In this document: positions 42,988 through 54,839 of the stretch, piece by piece | Layout of the letters: each line of letters opens with the position of its first letter | How positions within the stretch are numbered: position 1 is the stretch's first letter | Made by a program: the position numbers and the translations under genes | Assembly (NCBI GenBank): GCA_038245905.1 | Contig: JBBRRY010000015.1 | Location: 14,611-78,610 of the forward strand | DNA: 64,000 nucleotides | Reading direction: 5' to 3' | From: Thermoanaerobaculia bacterium | GTDB lineage: Bacteria > Acidobacteriota > Thermoanaerobaculia > UBA5066 | Notes under the pieces: model-generated | Databases searched by the model: none | Seen by the model: the letters and a program-made list of their open reading frames with translations, nothing else | Told to the model about the DNA's origin: nothing

Positions 42988-44585
42988 ACGCACGAACGGT
43001 GAGCATCGTCCTCGGGGGCTCTCTTCTCGTGCTCGCGCTGCCGGCGTCCGCCCAACGGCGGGTTCCGGGTGCCCCTGTCGACGAGAGCTATCTCCTCAAT
43101 CTCCAGACGTTCAATTCCGCGCTCGGGGTCGGGGCCCGCGCTCTCGGAATGGGCGGCGCGTTCGTCGCCGTCGCCGACGACGCGACGGCCGCGTCCTGGA
43201 ATCCAGCCGGGCTGGCCTTCCTCATCCGTCCCGAAGTGAGTCTCGTTCTGGACCGGACGACGTCCTCGCTTGCGACGAGCGACTTCGTCGACACGACGCC
43301 CAATCCGGATTCTCCCGGTCAGATACGCCGCGTGCCGGGAACGGACGAAGGGAAAGGAAGCGGACTGTCGTTCCTGTCGGTCGCATACCCGTTGAAGACG
43401 CTCTCACGCCGCGTGACGCTCCAGCTTTCGTACCAGCGCCAGGTCCGGCCGCTCTCCGCGGACCTCTATAGCCGCGACGACACGGGGGCCGTCCCCGCCG
43501 CCGACGCGCCGTTCGTTCCGGATTACTCGACGGAAAGAAGGACGCACGTGGCGTCGAGCGGGGGAGTCGACAACCTCTCCTTCGGCTTCGGCGCCGCCCT
43601 GTCCGAGACGGTCTTCGTCGGCGCGACGGTCAATTACTGGTTCGGCTCGCCGGCGGCCGAGCGCCATACCGCCACGCGCGTCGAGTCCCTTCCGGGGCGC
43701 GGCGACCCGCAGGTCTTCACCGACTTCGTCGAGACGACGACCGAAGCACAACGGATCTCGTCGCTCTCGGCGAACCTCGGCATCCTCTATCGCCCCGTCT
43801 CGTGGCTCACGCTGGGGGCCGTTTACCGGAGCGGGTGGGTGGGCCGCGCGAATACGACCTACGCGACGTCGCGGACGGGCGTCGACTACGTGCTCTACAC
43901 GCCGCCTGGAGGCGAAGCCGAGTACCGGACGCAGCGCGTGGACTGGTCGGGTCAGACCGAGGCGTCGGGCTCGCTCGCGTGGCCGGCGTCGTACGGCGTC
44001 GGCGCGGCTCTCCGCCCCGTGTCGACGCTCGTCCTTTCGTTCGACGTCACGCGGCAGGAATGGAGCCGCGCCTCGGTCGACTTGCCGCGCGTCCATCTCG
44101 CCTGCGTGAACGACGGCGTCACTCAGACCTGCCGCCCAAACGGGATGCCAGGCTTCTCCGATCCCGCCGTCGGCGCGGGCGAATACGTGACGCACGTGCA
44201 GTACCCGACCCAGCTCGATGCCGCGAACCTCGCGCAACGGGACCAGAACTCCTTCCGGGCCGGCGCCGAATGGGTCCTGTTCCTCGGGCGCGTGACGATT
44301 CCCGTGCGCGCGGGCGTCTACCGCGTCGATTCGATTTCTCCCTACTTCGAGGCCTCGACGACCCAGCGGGCGACGCAGTTCGTCGTGCCGGAGGCCGGGC
44401 GCATTTCACTGACGGGCTACACGCTCGGGTTCTCGGTGGGGCTCGGCGGCCTCGTCTTCGACGCCGCCTTCGTGCGCGACCGCTCGACGGACGATCGCGA
44501 GCAGATCGACGACACGCCGCCGGACATCGGGCACCGCGTCCTCACGAACACGCGCTTCCTCGCCGGGCTCACGTACCGGTTCTGA
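42984..44585 (+). CDS. Outer-membrane beta-barrel protein (FadL/PorV-like family)
   Basis: Signal peptide ..LLVLALPASAQ. GARALGMGGAFVAVADDATAASWNPAGLA is the N-terminal motif of this OMP class. Alternating beta-strand pattern and a C-terminal ..FLAGLTYRF. Confidence 0.7.
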   Translation: MNARTVSIVLGGSLLVLALPASAQRRVPGAPVDESYLLNLQTFNSALGVGARALGMGGAFVAVADDATAASWNPAGLAFLIRPEVSLVLDRTTSSLATSDFVDTTPNPDSPGQIRRVPGTDEGKGSGLSFLSVAYPLKTLSRRVTLQLSYQRQVRPLSADLYSRDDTGAVPAADAPFVPDYSTERRTHVASSGGVDNLSFGFGAALSETVFVGATVNYWFGSPAAERHTATRVESLPGRGDPQVFTDFVETTTEAQRISSLSANLGILYRPVSWLTLGAVYRSGWVGRANTTYATSRTGVDYVLYTPPGGEAEYRTQRVDWSGQTEASGSLAWPASYGVGAALRPVSTLVLSFDVTRQEWSRASVDLPRVHLACVNDGVTQTCRPNGMPGFSDPAVGAGEYVTHVQYPTQLDAANLAQRDQNSFRAGAEWVLFLGRVTIPVRAGVYRVDSISPYFEASTTQRATQFVVPEAGRISLTGYTLGFSVGLGGLVFDAAFVRDRSTDDREQIDDTPPDIGHRVLTNTRFLAGLTYRF

Positions 44586-44593
44586 GGCTCGTT

Positions 44594-45949
44594 CTAAGCG
44601 GGCTTCCGCCCCACGGTCAGGTAGTAGACCGGGATCCCTGCCGCCACGACGCCGAGGACTGCGAGCGTCGACCAGCGACTCTCGGGCTGGATGACGGCGT
44701 TCGCGAGGAGATAGAGGACGGACGCGAGGAAGAGGACCGGCACGAGCGGGAAGAGCGGCGCGCGGAAGGACGGCGCGTAGCCGGGTTGGCGGCGCAGCCG
44801 GAAGATCGACGCGACGGCGAGCGCGTAAAACGGCAGAAACGCCGTCACGAACGCGTCCGCGAGCTGCTCGAAGCTGCGCGAGAGGACGAACACGATCCCG
44901 AGAGAGGCCGTCATCGCGATCGAGACCCACGGAGTTCCCCAGCGGGGATGAACGGACGCGACGGACTTGAAGAAGAGGCGATCCGACGCCATCGCGAAGA
45001 AGATCCGCGGGCTCGTGAAGAGGACCGTGTTGAGCGTCCCGAAGGTCGAGATCATCACGGTGACCGACACGAGCGCGACGCCGGCCGGTCCGAGGACAGC
45101 CTGCGCGACGTCAGCGGCGACGAGCTTCGAGACGCGGATCTGCTCGATCGGCAGTACGGCTAGATACGCGAGATTCGCGAGGAGATAGATCGCGACGACG
45201 GCGAGCGTGCCACCGATCAGCGCGCGGGGAAGGTTCCGCTGCGGGTCCTTCACTTCGCCCGCGTTGTAGGCGAGGTCGGCCCAGCCGTCGAACGCCCACA
45301 GCGTCGACACGAGCGCGAGGCCGAACGCGGCCGGGGTGAAGCTGCCCGCGGGAATCGCCGGCGTGAAGTGGCCGCCCGTGTGCGGCAGCCCGAAGACGAA
45401 CGCGATGAAGACGATGAAGACGAGCCCGCCGTACTTCGCGAGGACGGTCACGTTGCTGACCATCGCGGCGAGGGACACGCCCCGGATGTTGAAGAAGCCC
45501 GTGAGGGCGATCGCGAACGCGGCGAAGATCCGCACACTCCAGAGATTTGCGGGATCCTGGGGACTGATCCCGATCACGCGGAAGAAATACTCCGAGAACA
45601 CGATCGCGATCGCGCCGAGCGAGGCCGCGCGGATCATGGCGAACTGCCCCCAGCCGAAGAGGAATCCCGCGAGACGGCCCCAGCCGTCCCGGCAGAAGAC
45701 GTACATCCCGCCGGTCTTCGGCAGCGCGCTCGCGATCTCCGCGAGCGTCAGGGCGCCGCAGATCGCGAAGAGGCCGCCGGCGGCCCAGACCGAGAGCATC
45801 GGAAGAGGGCCCGGGAGCTTCGCGGCGATGCCGGCGGGGGAACGAAAGATCCCCGACCCGATCGTGGAGCCGACAACGACGGCGACGGCGCTCCAGAGGC
45901 CGATGCGGCGCTCCAGCGCCTTTACGGGTCCGGCGGGACGGTCGGGCAT
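44594..45949 (-). CDS. APC-superfamily amino acid permease
   Basis: LERRIGLWSAVAVVVGSTIGSGIFRSPAGIA, 12 predicted TM segments, 451 aa. Confidence 0.9.
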   Translation of the reverse strand: MPDRPAGPVKALERRIGLWSAVAVVVGSTIGSGIFRSPAGIAAKLPGPLPMLSVWAAGGLFAICGALTLAEIASALPKTGGMYVFCRDGWGRLAGFLFGWGQFAMIRAASLGAIAIVFSEYFFRVIGISPQDPANLWSVRIFAAFAIALTGFFNIRGVSLAAMVSNVTVLAKYGGLVFIVFIAFVFGLPHTGGHFTPAIPAGSFTPAAFGLALVSTLWAFDGWADLAYNAGEVKDPQRNLPRALIGGTLAVVAIYLLANLAYLAVLPIEQIRVSKLVAADVAQAVLGPAGVALVSVTVMISTFGTLNTVLFTSPRIFFAMASDRLFFKSVASVHPRWGTPWVSIAMTASLGIVFVLSRSFEQLADAFVTAFLPFYALAVASIFRLRRQPGYAPSFRAPLFPLVPVLFLASVLYLLANAVIQPESRWSTLAVLGVVAAGIPVYYLTVGRKPA

Positions 45950-45958
45950 CCGGAGATG

Positions 45959-48948
<2,990 letters not shown>

Positions 48949-48982
48949 CGGCTACTTGCCCTGCACCTGCACCGCGGGGAGC

Positions 48983-49810
48983 TTACGGGGTCAGCGTCGA
49001 CGTCGTCGTGTTGTTGCCTTCGTTGCTCTCGGCGACTGCATTCGTCGCGTCCGCGGTCGCCGTGAAGTGGTAAATGCCCTTGGGCCACTTCGTGTTCGCC
49101 CACCACGGCATCGTCGCCGTGAACTCGGCGTGGCAGGCGAGCGCCGGGATGTTGACGCCGAGCGCGTCCGGCGTCGCGAAGAACGGAGGCGCGAGCGCGG
49201 AGGCGGGGAGGTCGACGCAGCCGCCGCCGGGGCCCACGTGGCCCTGCTTGACGCACTTGATAAAGAGGCGGCTCGCCCCCGCGTTGCCCATTCCGACGTT
49301 CTTCACGGCGACCCAGCCATCCATCGGCGTGTGGAGGAGCGGGACGAGATCGGGCTTGCCGTCGCAGCGGGCGTTGGGATTCGGGTGCGTCGGGCCCGTG
49401 CCCGGATTGCCGGCGCCGCAGTCGAGCTTGAACTCGGCGGGCCCCGAGAGCTTGTCGGTCGGGGTCAGGACGTGGAGCTTCACCCAGCCGTGAAACGGGT
49501 GGAAGGCGGGCATCGCGGCGCCGAGCGTCCACGTCTCCGACACGAGCGCGGCGTTGACGCCGTCGTACACGACGGCCGGATGCGCGAGCGTGTCGACGGC
49601 GCCGTCGCTCCGCTCCCACTTGTACGTGAACCGCCCCCTGCCGTTGAGGGCGACCTTGCCCGTGAACTTGAACACCGCAGGGCAGGGTCCCTCGCTGTGA
49701 GTGGGCGAGACCGACACGGTGACCGCCGTGACGGACAGGGCCGAGGCCGGCAGGGCCGCGGCGGCGAGAGCGGCGGAGACGAGACAGAGGGCGAGTCCTT
49801 TCGTGCGCAT
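48983..49810 (-). CDS. Secreted hypothetical protein with a CARDB-like C-terminal motif
   Basis: Start MRTKGLALCLVSAALAAAALPASA at comp(49808..49810). Cys-containing beta-rich body. C-terminal ..ATADATNAVAESNEGNNTTT resembles the CARDB E.NE.NN motif. Confidence 0.6.
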   Translation of the reverse strand: MRTKGLALCLVSAALAAAALPASALSVTAVTVSVSPTHSEGPCPAVFKFTGKVALNGRGRFTYKWERSDGAVDTLAHPAVVYDGVNAALVSETWTLGAAMPAFHPFHGWVKLHVLTPTDKLSGPAEFKLDCGAGNPGTGPTHPNPNARCDGKPDLVPLLHTPMDGWVAVKNVGMGNAGASRLFIKCVKQGHVGPGGGCVDLPASALAPPFFATPDALGVNIPALACHAEFTATMPWWANTKWPKGIYHFTATADATNAVAESNEGNNTTTSTLTP

Positions 49811-50009
49811 GGTGGAACTCCTTTCGCTCGACAAGATGGCCCCGGCGCGCGCGCTGCGCAAGGGCCGCGCATGTGCGGCCCGCGCCGAAGGCTGGTCTGG
49901 GCGCGCCAGAGGCCGTTTTGGAGGCCTCGAAATTGACGCCGGTCACGGAACGTTCTCTCGAGCAGGCGCCGTGAGAGAGAACCAGGCCCGTGAAGGGTCC
50001 GGTTCAGCG

Positions 50010-50732
50010 TTACGAGAAGGGCGACCTCCCCCTCCGAAGCGCCGCGACCGCGCCAAGGAGGATCGTGACTTCGCGCTTCGTCGGCTTTCCACGGCGCAGG
50101 AACGACTCGATCTCGAAGAGCACCTCTTTCGAGCGGCCTCGGTCGGGGTAGCCCGCAGAGGAAAGAACTTCTTTGAAAGAGATGAGGAGGCGGCGCACGT
50201 CTTTCGTGGCGGCTTGCGGTTCCTCGGGCTCCGACGTTCCGCGCTTTCGGCGTGGTGCTTCGAAGGGTGAAAGAAGAGCCAGCGCAATGGCCATGGACTG
50301 CGCGAGGTTGAGGGTCGGGAACTCGGGCCGCGTATCGATCCGGAGGCGTGCGTCGCAGAGTCGAAGCTCTTCGGTTGTCAGCCCTCCGCGCTCGGGGCCG
50401 AAGACGAGGGTGACGCGCTTGCCCCGTCGAAGAGAAGAGGAGATTTCTTTGAAAGTGGTGGGAGGCGGCAGCCCACGCGAGACGCGCCCGCGCAGCGACG
50501 TGAGGGCGACCACGTCGTCGGCTCGCGAGGTGAGGTCCTCCCAGTTTGCGAGGGTCTTCACCTTTCTAAGCAAATCTTCGGCGCCCGACGCGAAAGAAAT
50601 GGCATCCGGGTGCGCCGGGTCGGTGCGCGGTCCGAGCAAAGAAATCTCCGCCCCGAAGTTCTTCGCGACGCGCGCCGCCGCCCCGATGTTGCCGGGGTTG
50701 AAGGTTCTCACGAGGACGACGCGAAGCGCCAT
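50010..50732 (-). CDS. trmJ: SpoU/TrmH-family tRNA/rRNA 2'-O-methyltransferase (TrmJ/LasT group)
   Basis: Start MALRVVLVRTFNPGNIGAAARVAKNFG at comp(50730..50732). LVFGPERGGLT and IDTRPEFPTLNLAQSMAIALA (SPOUT knot motifs). Confidence 0.8.
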   Translation of the reverse strand: MALRVVLVRTFNPGNIGAAARVAKNFGAEISLLGPRTDPAHPDAISFASGAEDLLRKVKTLANWEDLTSRADDVVALTSLRGRVSRGLPPPTTFKEISSSLRRGKRVTLVFGPERGGLTTEELRLCDARLRIDTRPEFPTLNLAQSMAIALALLSPFEAPRRKRGTSEPEEPQAATKDVRRLLISFKEVLSSAGYPDRGRSKEVLFEIESFLRRGKPTKREVTILLGAVAALRRGRSPFS

Positions 50733-50753
50733 GACGCGTGATCGTGGTCCAGA

Positions 50754-50966
50754 ATGCTGCATATGGCAAAGCTGCGGTCGGAAGAAGAGCAGAAGGCGGT
50801 GGAGACGATCCTGTGGGCGCTCGGGCACCGCCTCACGCGCCTGAAGGACGAGTACACGATGATGGTTCAGCGGGGCGAGGAACCCGAGGGCGTGCCGAAG
50901 GGCCTCGACCTGGCGCTCCGCCAGATCAACGACATGCTCCCCCGGCGCAAACGTTTCAAGGGCTGA
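50754..50966 (+). CDS. Small hypothetical protein (70 aa)
   Basis: Balanced, non-low-complexity sequence (MAKLRSEEEQKAVETILWALGHRLTRLKDEYTMMVQRGEEPEG..). Third codon positions are strongly G/C, as in neighbouring genes. Divergent from trmJ. No recognised family. Confidence 0.45.
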   Translation: MLHMAKLRSEEEQKAVETILWALGHRLTRLKDEYTMMVQRGEEPEGVPKGLDLALRQINDMLPRRKRFKG

Positions 50967-51114
50967 TCCGCCCCCGGTCTCGGCCTGCGGGATCGCGGCC
51001 CTCGACTGAGGTTCCTGCATCATGGCCGCTCGTTGAGCAGAGCGACATGCTGAGAGCTGGAGGAGATCTCTGCTCAAGCCCGTCGAGCTGGAAATCGAGC
51101 TGTTCTGCCTCGGA

Positions 51115-52317
51115 ATGCGGATCGACGAGTCCTGTCACGTGGACGAGGACGGGCGCCGCATTTCGCGCACGCGCGCTGGCCTCGGCTCGGGACTCGAGCT
51201 CGTGCTGCCTTCCCCGAGGAAGAAGATCTGGATCAACGTTCCCGTCGTCGAGCCGTTCGCGGCGAGGTCTCCCTTTCTCCTCGTCAAGAGCGGGAGCGGC
51301 TACGCGGTCACGGACACGCGCACGGGCGATCACTATCCCGTCGAGGTGCCTCCCGAGCCAGAGTGGTACTCGTGGAAGACGACGTCCGGCACGGAGATGA
51401 GCCGCGTCGGCGTCCTCCAGGGCACGTACCTCGGGATCTACGTCTCGAATGCGTGCCTTTACTGGAGCCTGCCCGCTTCGCCCGCCTGTGCGTTCTGCAC
51501 GACGGGCCGGAACGTCGGCGAGGCCGAGGAGTCGCGCAAGAGGGTCGAGGACGTCGTCGAGGTTGCGAAGGCCGCGCGCGACCACTCCGGCTCGATCTTC
51601 ACGCACCTGAACACCGGGTATCACTTCGAGGACGTCGACAAGCTCGAGTCGCTCCACGGCCTCCGGCAGTGCGAGCCGTTCGTCAAGGCGGTCCGCGCCG
51701 AGGTCGGCGGCTTCATCGGCGTCCAGGCCGTGCCCGTCCCGCGCCACAAATTCAACGAGTACGACGACCTCATCGCCGCCGGGACGGACCACTTCTCCTT
51801 CTGCTACGAGTTCGAGGATCCCGAGGTGTTTGCGAGACTCTGCCCCGGCAAGGCGCAGACGGTCGGGCAGCACGCGTTCTTCGAGGCGATGGAGTACACG
51901 GCGAAGAAGCTCGGCGAAGGCAAGGTTTCGGGCGAGATCATCGCGGGCCCTGAGCCGATCGACGCGACGAAGCGCGCGATCGACCGCATCGTGAACGCGG
52001 GCGCGTTCCCGACCGTGTGCATCTTCCGGCCCACGCTCGGGAGCGCGATGGAGCACGTCGACCCGCCGAAGCCCGACGACATGAAGGAAGTTTTCGCACA
52101 CCTCTGGCGGGCGGTTACGCGGGCCGGTCTCCCCGTAGGCATCCTCCCGGGAATCCAGGTCTCCCTCGTCGTCCAGCCCGAGGAGGCCGCCGACCTCGTC
52201 CCCGAGACGCTCCGGTCACGCCTCTACGAGACGAAGCTCGCGGCGCTCCGCGCGCTCGCGAGGCCTTATGTCGCATGGAAACGCAGGCCGCGAGGAAGCA
52301 GCTCCACGACGGCCTGA
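51115..52317 (+). CDS. Radical-SAM-like protein with an atypical cysteine motif
   Basis: GIYVSNACLYWSLPASPACAFCTTG gives CX10CX2C instead of CX3CX2C. It is followed by a TIM-barrel-like pattern (..IFTHLNTGY.., ..GFIGVQAVP.., ..GEIIAGPEP..). The family call is tentative. Confidence 0.55.
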   Translation: MRIDESCHVDEDGRRISRTRAGLGSGLELVLPSPRKKIWINVPVVEPFAARSPFLLVKSGSGYAVTDTRTGDHYPVEVPPEPEWYSWKTTSGTEMSRVGVLQGTYLGIYVSNACLYWSLPASPACAFCTTGRNVGEAEESRKRVEDVVEVAKAARDHSGSIFTHLNTGYHFEDVDKLESLHGLRQCEPFVKAVRAEVGGFIGVQAVPVPRHKFNEYDDLIAAGTDHFSFCYEFEDPEVFARLCPGKAQTVGQHAFFEAMEYTAKKLGEGKVSGEIIAGPEPIDATKRAIDRIVNAGAFPTVCIFRPTLGSAMEHVDPPKPDDMKEVFAHLWRAVTRAGLPVGILPGIQVSLVVQPEEAADLVPETLRSRLYETKLAALRALARPYVAWKRRPRGSSSTTA

Positions 52318-52346
52318 ACCGCCTCCCAGGGGAAAGAGGCGGCCCC

Positions 52347-52362
52347 TATGACGCCGGTCATA
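52347..52362. promoter_or_regulatory. Perfect 16-bp palindrome TATGAC-GCCG-GTCATA upstream of the bc/nos gene string (candidate CRP/FNR-family site)
   Basis: The TGA-N6-TCA core has the same spacing as FNR/CRP-type boxes (TTGAT-N4-ATCAA). It lies in the 82-bp intergenic gap, 38 nt upstream of the ATG at 52400. Confidence 0.4.
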
Positions 52363-52399
52363 ACGGAACGGCGATGCCCCGGAACAAGGTGAAACTCAC

Positions 52400-54325
52400 A
52401 TGCCTGTTCGCGTCCGGTTTCCCGACCTCGACCACTGGAAGGCGCAGGTTAAGTGCCAGGCCGGCTGTCCGGTCGCGACGGACGCCGGACGGTACGTTCA
52501 GCTCATCGCCGAGGGGCGTGACGAGGAGGCGTTTCTCGTCGCCCGGGCGCCCAATCCGTTCGCGTCGGTCTGCGGGCGCGTCTGCGCGGCCCCGTGCGAG
52601 GACGCCTGCCGCCGCGGCTCGATCGACGCGCCGATCTCGATCCGCGCGCTGAAGCGCTTCGTGACGGAACAGTACGGTGTCGAATCGCGGCATCCGGGAA
52701 CGCAGGACAGGTTGCTGAGAGAGCCCATCCTGGAAGGAAACCGCTATTCGGGTCACCTTCCGATGCACTCTTCGGGCGCAAAGAAATCCACCGGTGCTCC
52801 CGGTCCCAAGGTAGCGGTGATTGGCGCCGGACCTGCCGGTCTTTCCGCCGCGCACGACCTCGCGCTCCTCGGCTACGCCGTGACTGTGTTCGAGGCCGCG
52901 GGTGAGCCCGGCGGAATGATGCGCTTCGGCATTCCGGAGTACCGGCTCCCGCGTACGCTCATCAAGGCCGAGATCGACAAGATCCTCTCCCTCGGGGTCA
53001 CGCTGCGCCTCGGGACGGCGCTCACTTCGTCTTTCGGACTCGCGGAGCTTCGCGCCGCGGGCTTCGAGGCCGCCTTTCTCTCGGTCGGCGTGTCGAAGGG
53101 CCGCGATCTCGACATCCCGGGCGTCGAGCTGGACGGTGTCGTGAAGGCGGTCGACTACCTCCTGAACGTGAATCGCGGCTTCCGGATGGACCTCGGCCGC
53201 CGGGTCGTCGTCATCGGCGGCGGGTTCGTGGCGTTCGACGCCGCGCGCACGGCGCTCCGCCTCGGCCGCGAGACCGACGTGGACGCTCGCGAGAAGGCGG
53301 GAGAGGCGGACGCGCGCCTCAAGGAGGCGCTCGACTCCGCGCGCGCCGCGCTGCGCGGAGGCGCGACCGAGGTCACGATCGTCTCTCTCGAGAACTTCGA
53401 GGAGATGCCCGTCCTCCGAAGCACGCAGGGCCACGAGGAGTTCGAGGAGACGAAGAAGGAAGGCGTCGTCTTCGTGCCGCGCCGCGGGCCGAACCGGTTC
53501 CTCGGCAGCGGACGGCTCTCAGCGGTCGAGCTGAAGAGGGTGACGACGGTCTTCGACGCGGAGGGCCGGTTCGCCCCCGCGTACGACGAGTCGGACCTCG
53601 TCAAATTCGAGGCGGATGCCTGCATCCTCGCGATCGGCCAGAAGCCGGACCTCTCGTTCCTGAAACCGGCGGACGGTGTCGCCCTGACGCCGGGCGGCAC
53701 GATCGCGGTCGACCGGACGACCCTCGCGACGTCCGCGCCGGGGATCTTCGCCGGCGGCGACGTCGCGTTCGGGCCGCGGAACCTCATCGAGGCGGTCGCG
53801 AACGGCAAGCGCGCGGCGCGCTCGATCCACGAGCACCTCGCGAAGGAGAAGGCCTCGATCCGCGCGACGCTCGAGATCGAGAAGATCCCGACGATCTCCT
53901 ACCGCATGATCGCGGGCTTCGAGATTCTCGACCGCGAGGCGCCTCCCACGCTCGACGTTGGTCGCCGCACCGGCATCGCGGAAGTCGAAAGCGGTTATGC
54001 GGCTGCCGAGGCGCGCACGCAGGCCGCACGCTGCCTCGTGTGCCACGTCCAGACGATTTACGACCCGGAGGCCTGCGTCCTTTGCAACCGCTGCGTGGAC
54101 GTGTGCCCGGAGTACTGCCTCGCGCTCGTGCCGCTCGAATCGCTCGACCTGTCCGAGGAGGAGCGCGCGGCTCTCGTCGCGCGCGCCGAGGGCAACGGAT
54201 TGCCGCTCTCGGCGATGGTCAAGGACGACGACCGGTGCATCCGCTGCGGCCTCTGCGCCGTCCGGTGCCCGACGGACGCGATGACGATGGAGAAGTTCTC
54301 GATCACGGAGGGATTCCATGAGTGA
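52400..54325 (+). CDS. GltD-like NAD(P)H-dependent flavo-iron-sulfur oxidoreductase with a C-terminal 2x[4Fe-4S] ferredoxin domain
   Basis: N-terminal Cys cluster CQAGCPV..CGRVCAAPCEDAC. VAVIGAGPAGLSAAHDL..FEA..PGGMMRFGIPEYRLP (GltD signature). Second Rossmann motif VVVIGGGFVAFDAA, then GIFAGGDV. C-terminus has CLVCHV..CVLCNRCVDVCP and CIRCGLCAVRCP. Confidence 0.85.
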   Translation: MPVRVRFPDLDHWKAQVKCQAGCPVATDAGRYVQLIAEGRDEEAFLVARAPNPFASVCGRVCAAPCEDACRRGSIDAPISIRALKRFVTEQYGVESRHPGTQDRLLREPILEGNRYSGHLPMHSSGAKKSTGAPGPKVAVIGAGPAGLSAAHDLALLGYAVTVFEAAGEPGGMMRFGIPEYRLPRTLIKAEIDKILSLGVTLRLGTALTSSFGLAELRAAGFEAAFLSVGVSKGRDLDIPGVELDGVVKAVDYLLNVNRGFRMDLGRRVVVIGGGFVAFDAARTALRLGRETDVDAREKAGEADARLKEALDSARAALRGGATEVTIVSLENFEEMPVLRSTQGHEEFEETKKEGVVFVPRRGPNRFLGSGRLSAVELKRVTTVFDAEGRFAPAYDESDLVKFEADACILAIGQKPDLSFLKPADGVALTPGGTIAVDRTTLATSAPGIFAGGDVAFGPRNLIEAVANGKRAARSIHEHLAKEKASIRATLEIEKIPTISYRMIAGFEILDREAPPTLDVGRRTGIAEVESGYAAAEARTQAARCLVCHVQTIYDPEACVLCNRCVDVCPEYCLALVPLESLDLSEEERAALVARAEGNGLPLSAMVKDDDRCIRCGLCAVRCPTDAMTMEKFSITEGFHE

Positions 54326-54824
54326 GCCCCCAAGCCGGCGTGAGGTCTTCCTGAGGCTGGGATTCGGAGCGGGTGTGGCCGCCCTCGGCGTGCAGGCCGT
54401 CGCCTCGCTTCGGTCGCTCGTCCCGAACGTCTCCTACGACTCGCCGACGACCGTGAAGATCGGAATGCCGAACGACTTTCCGGACGGCATGAAGTTCCTC
54501 CCGGACGAGCGGCTGTTCGTGTTCCGGGAAGGGAAGACGCTCCACGCGGTCTCCGCGGTGTGTACGCACCTCGGCTGCACCGTGCGCGCGGAGGCGCTGT
54601 CCGCACCGGAGACGAAGGACGTCAGCGGCAAGCCGCTGCGCCTCACGCACCGCTTCCTCTGTCCGTGCCACGGCTCGAAGTACGCGGGCGACGGCACGAA
54701 CGTGGCGGGCCCGGCGCCGAAGCCTCTCGCCTGGTACCACCTGTCGCTTTCGCCGGACGACGGCCAGCTCGTCGTCGACCTCGCGCAGCCCGTGGAGCGC
54801 GATTTTCGATTCACTCTGGCCTGA
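54318..54824 (+). CDS. Rieske [2Fe-2S] subunit of a cytochrome bc-type complex (Tat signal)
   Basis: SRREVFLRLGFGAGVAALG (Tat). CTHLGCTV and CPCHGSKY Rieske boxes. 8-nt overlap with the upstream gene. Confidence 0.9.
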   Translation: MSEPPSRREVFLRLGFGAGVAALGVQAVASLRSLVPNVSYDSPTTVKIGMPNDFPDGMKFLPDERLFVFREGKTLHAVSAVCTHLGCTVRAEALSAPETKDVSGKPLRLTHRFLCPCHGSKYAGDGTNVAGPAPKPLAWYHLSLSPDDGQLVVDLAQPVERDFRFTLA

Positions 54825-54839
54825 AGGGCGGGACGAGAC

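Noticed and set aside
49905-49930. GAGGCC-N8-GGCCTC hairpin downstream of trmJ as a terminator
   Set aside because: The stem is only 6 bp with an 8-nt loop, there is no U-tract, and it lies about 85 nt from the stop. That is too weak to call.
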